DNA of 64,000 bases from Gemmatimonas sp. (GTDB lineage: Bacteria; Gemmatimonadota; Gemmatimonadetes; Gemmatimonadales; Gemmatimonadaceae): the NCBI GenBank assembly GCA_965279375.1, contig OZ257156.1, positions 2,720,001 through 2,784,000 on the forward strand, given 5' to 3'. The notes below the pieces were generated by a model. That model saw only the letters and a list, made by a program, of their open reading frames with translations. It did no database searches and was not told the DNA's origin. A program made the translations under genes and the position numbers. Shown here piece after piece: positions 63,491-64,000 of this stretch (positions are counted from its first letter, which is position 1; every line of letters begins with the position of its first letter).

Positions 63491-64000
63491 ATGGACCGTC
63501 GTCACTTCATCGCTGCGTCGCTCGCGTTGGCCGCAATGCCGCGCGTGCTTCGTGCCAGCACACCGAACATCGGCTGCGCCGCCATCACCTGGGGCGGGAA
63601 CGATCGCGTCGCCATCGACGACATTGCCGCCGCGGGGTACCGCGGAATTCAGCTGCGCGCTTCTGCGGTGACCACGTGGGGCAATCGTCCCGCCGAGCTC
63701 AGGGCACTACTGGCCGAACGCCACCTGAGCTTCGTCGCACTCTCGAGCGGCGTACTCGATCTGGATCCTGCAACGCACACCGGGAATCTGGCGCTCCATC
63801 TTCGCAACGCCGCGTTCGCGCGTGATGCTGGCTGCCTCTACCTGCAGGTGGTCGACCAGCGTCCGCGTGATCGCAGTGCGACCCTTGCCGACTATCGCCG
63901 TATGGGTGGATTGCTCACGGAACTCGGCAAGCGCACTGCGGACATGGGAGTCGCGCTTGGCTATCACAACCACATGGGCAACCTCGGGCAGGCGCCCGAC
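63491..64000 (+). CDS. Tat-exported sugar phosphate isomerase/epimerase TIM barrel (IolE-like), 3' partial
   Basis: Not in the track. Manual translation: MDRRHFIAASLALAA (twin-Arg), AAITWGG, GYRGIQL, GYHNHMG; open to the window end. Confidence 0.85.
   Translation, partial: MDRRHFIAASLALAAMPRVLRASTPNIGCAAITWGGNDRVAIDDIAAAGYRGIQLRASAVTTWGNRPAELRALLAERHLSFVALSSGVLDLDPATHTGNLALHLRNAAFARDAGCLYLQVVDQRPRDRSATLADYRRMGGLLTELGKRTADMGVALGYHNHMGNLGQAPD

Overview
GC-rich bacterial chromosome segment, densely packed with genes. Gene content and style suggest Gemmatimonadota (inference). I saw no rRNA, tRNA, CRISPR array, transposase or phage genes. Left to right: (1) a >1299-aa lipoprotein that the ORF track misses because it runs off the left edge, with nine tandem Ig-like repeats and an M66-like zinc protease domain; (2) lipA-pdhA-pdhB-pdhC; (3) a GT2 glycosyltransferase fused to a ~430-aa Arg/acidic disordered tail; (4) hypothetical, PspA-like and Omp85-like genes; (5) a LipM-like gene followed by oppABCDF and a POT peptide transporter; (6) gcvP, gcvH, coaE; (7) an AraC-type regulator opposite a multi-PAS hybrid kinase; (8) a motif-eroded DEAD-box pseudo-helicase with tdk; (9) an aminotransferase and an Lrp ligand-binding-only protein; (10) a co-oriented nurA-herA-(exported protein)-mre11/sbcD-rad50/sbcC cluster, the archaeal-style four-component DNA end-resection set in one bacterial locus (top finding); (11) GGDEF, PGRP-type amidase and GNAT genes; (12) a candidate sRNA or leader, then PTPS-II + folE + a sepiapterin-reductase-like SDR (putative tetrahydrobiopterin pathway) and a Trm112-like gene; (13) an endostatin-like secreted protein, fadD, lipoprotein, orphan ParA, TPR, PRTase, V4R, ligA, YtxH and pdp; (14) an Ig-stalked di-heme cytochrome c peroxidase and a partial Tat-exported IolE-like TIM barrel. 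All family calls come from motifs recognised by eye, with no database search. Several start codons were re-chosen from the ORF track and are estimates.
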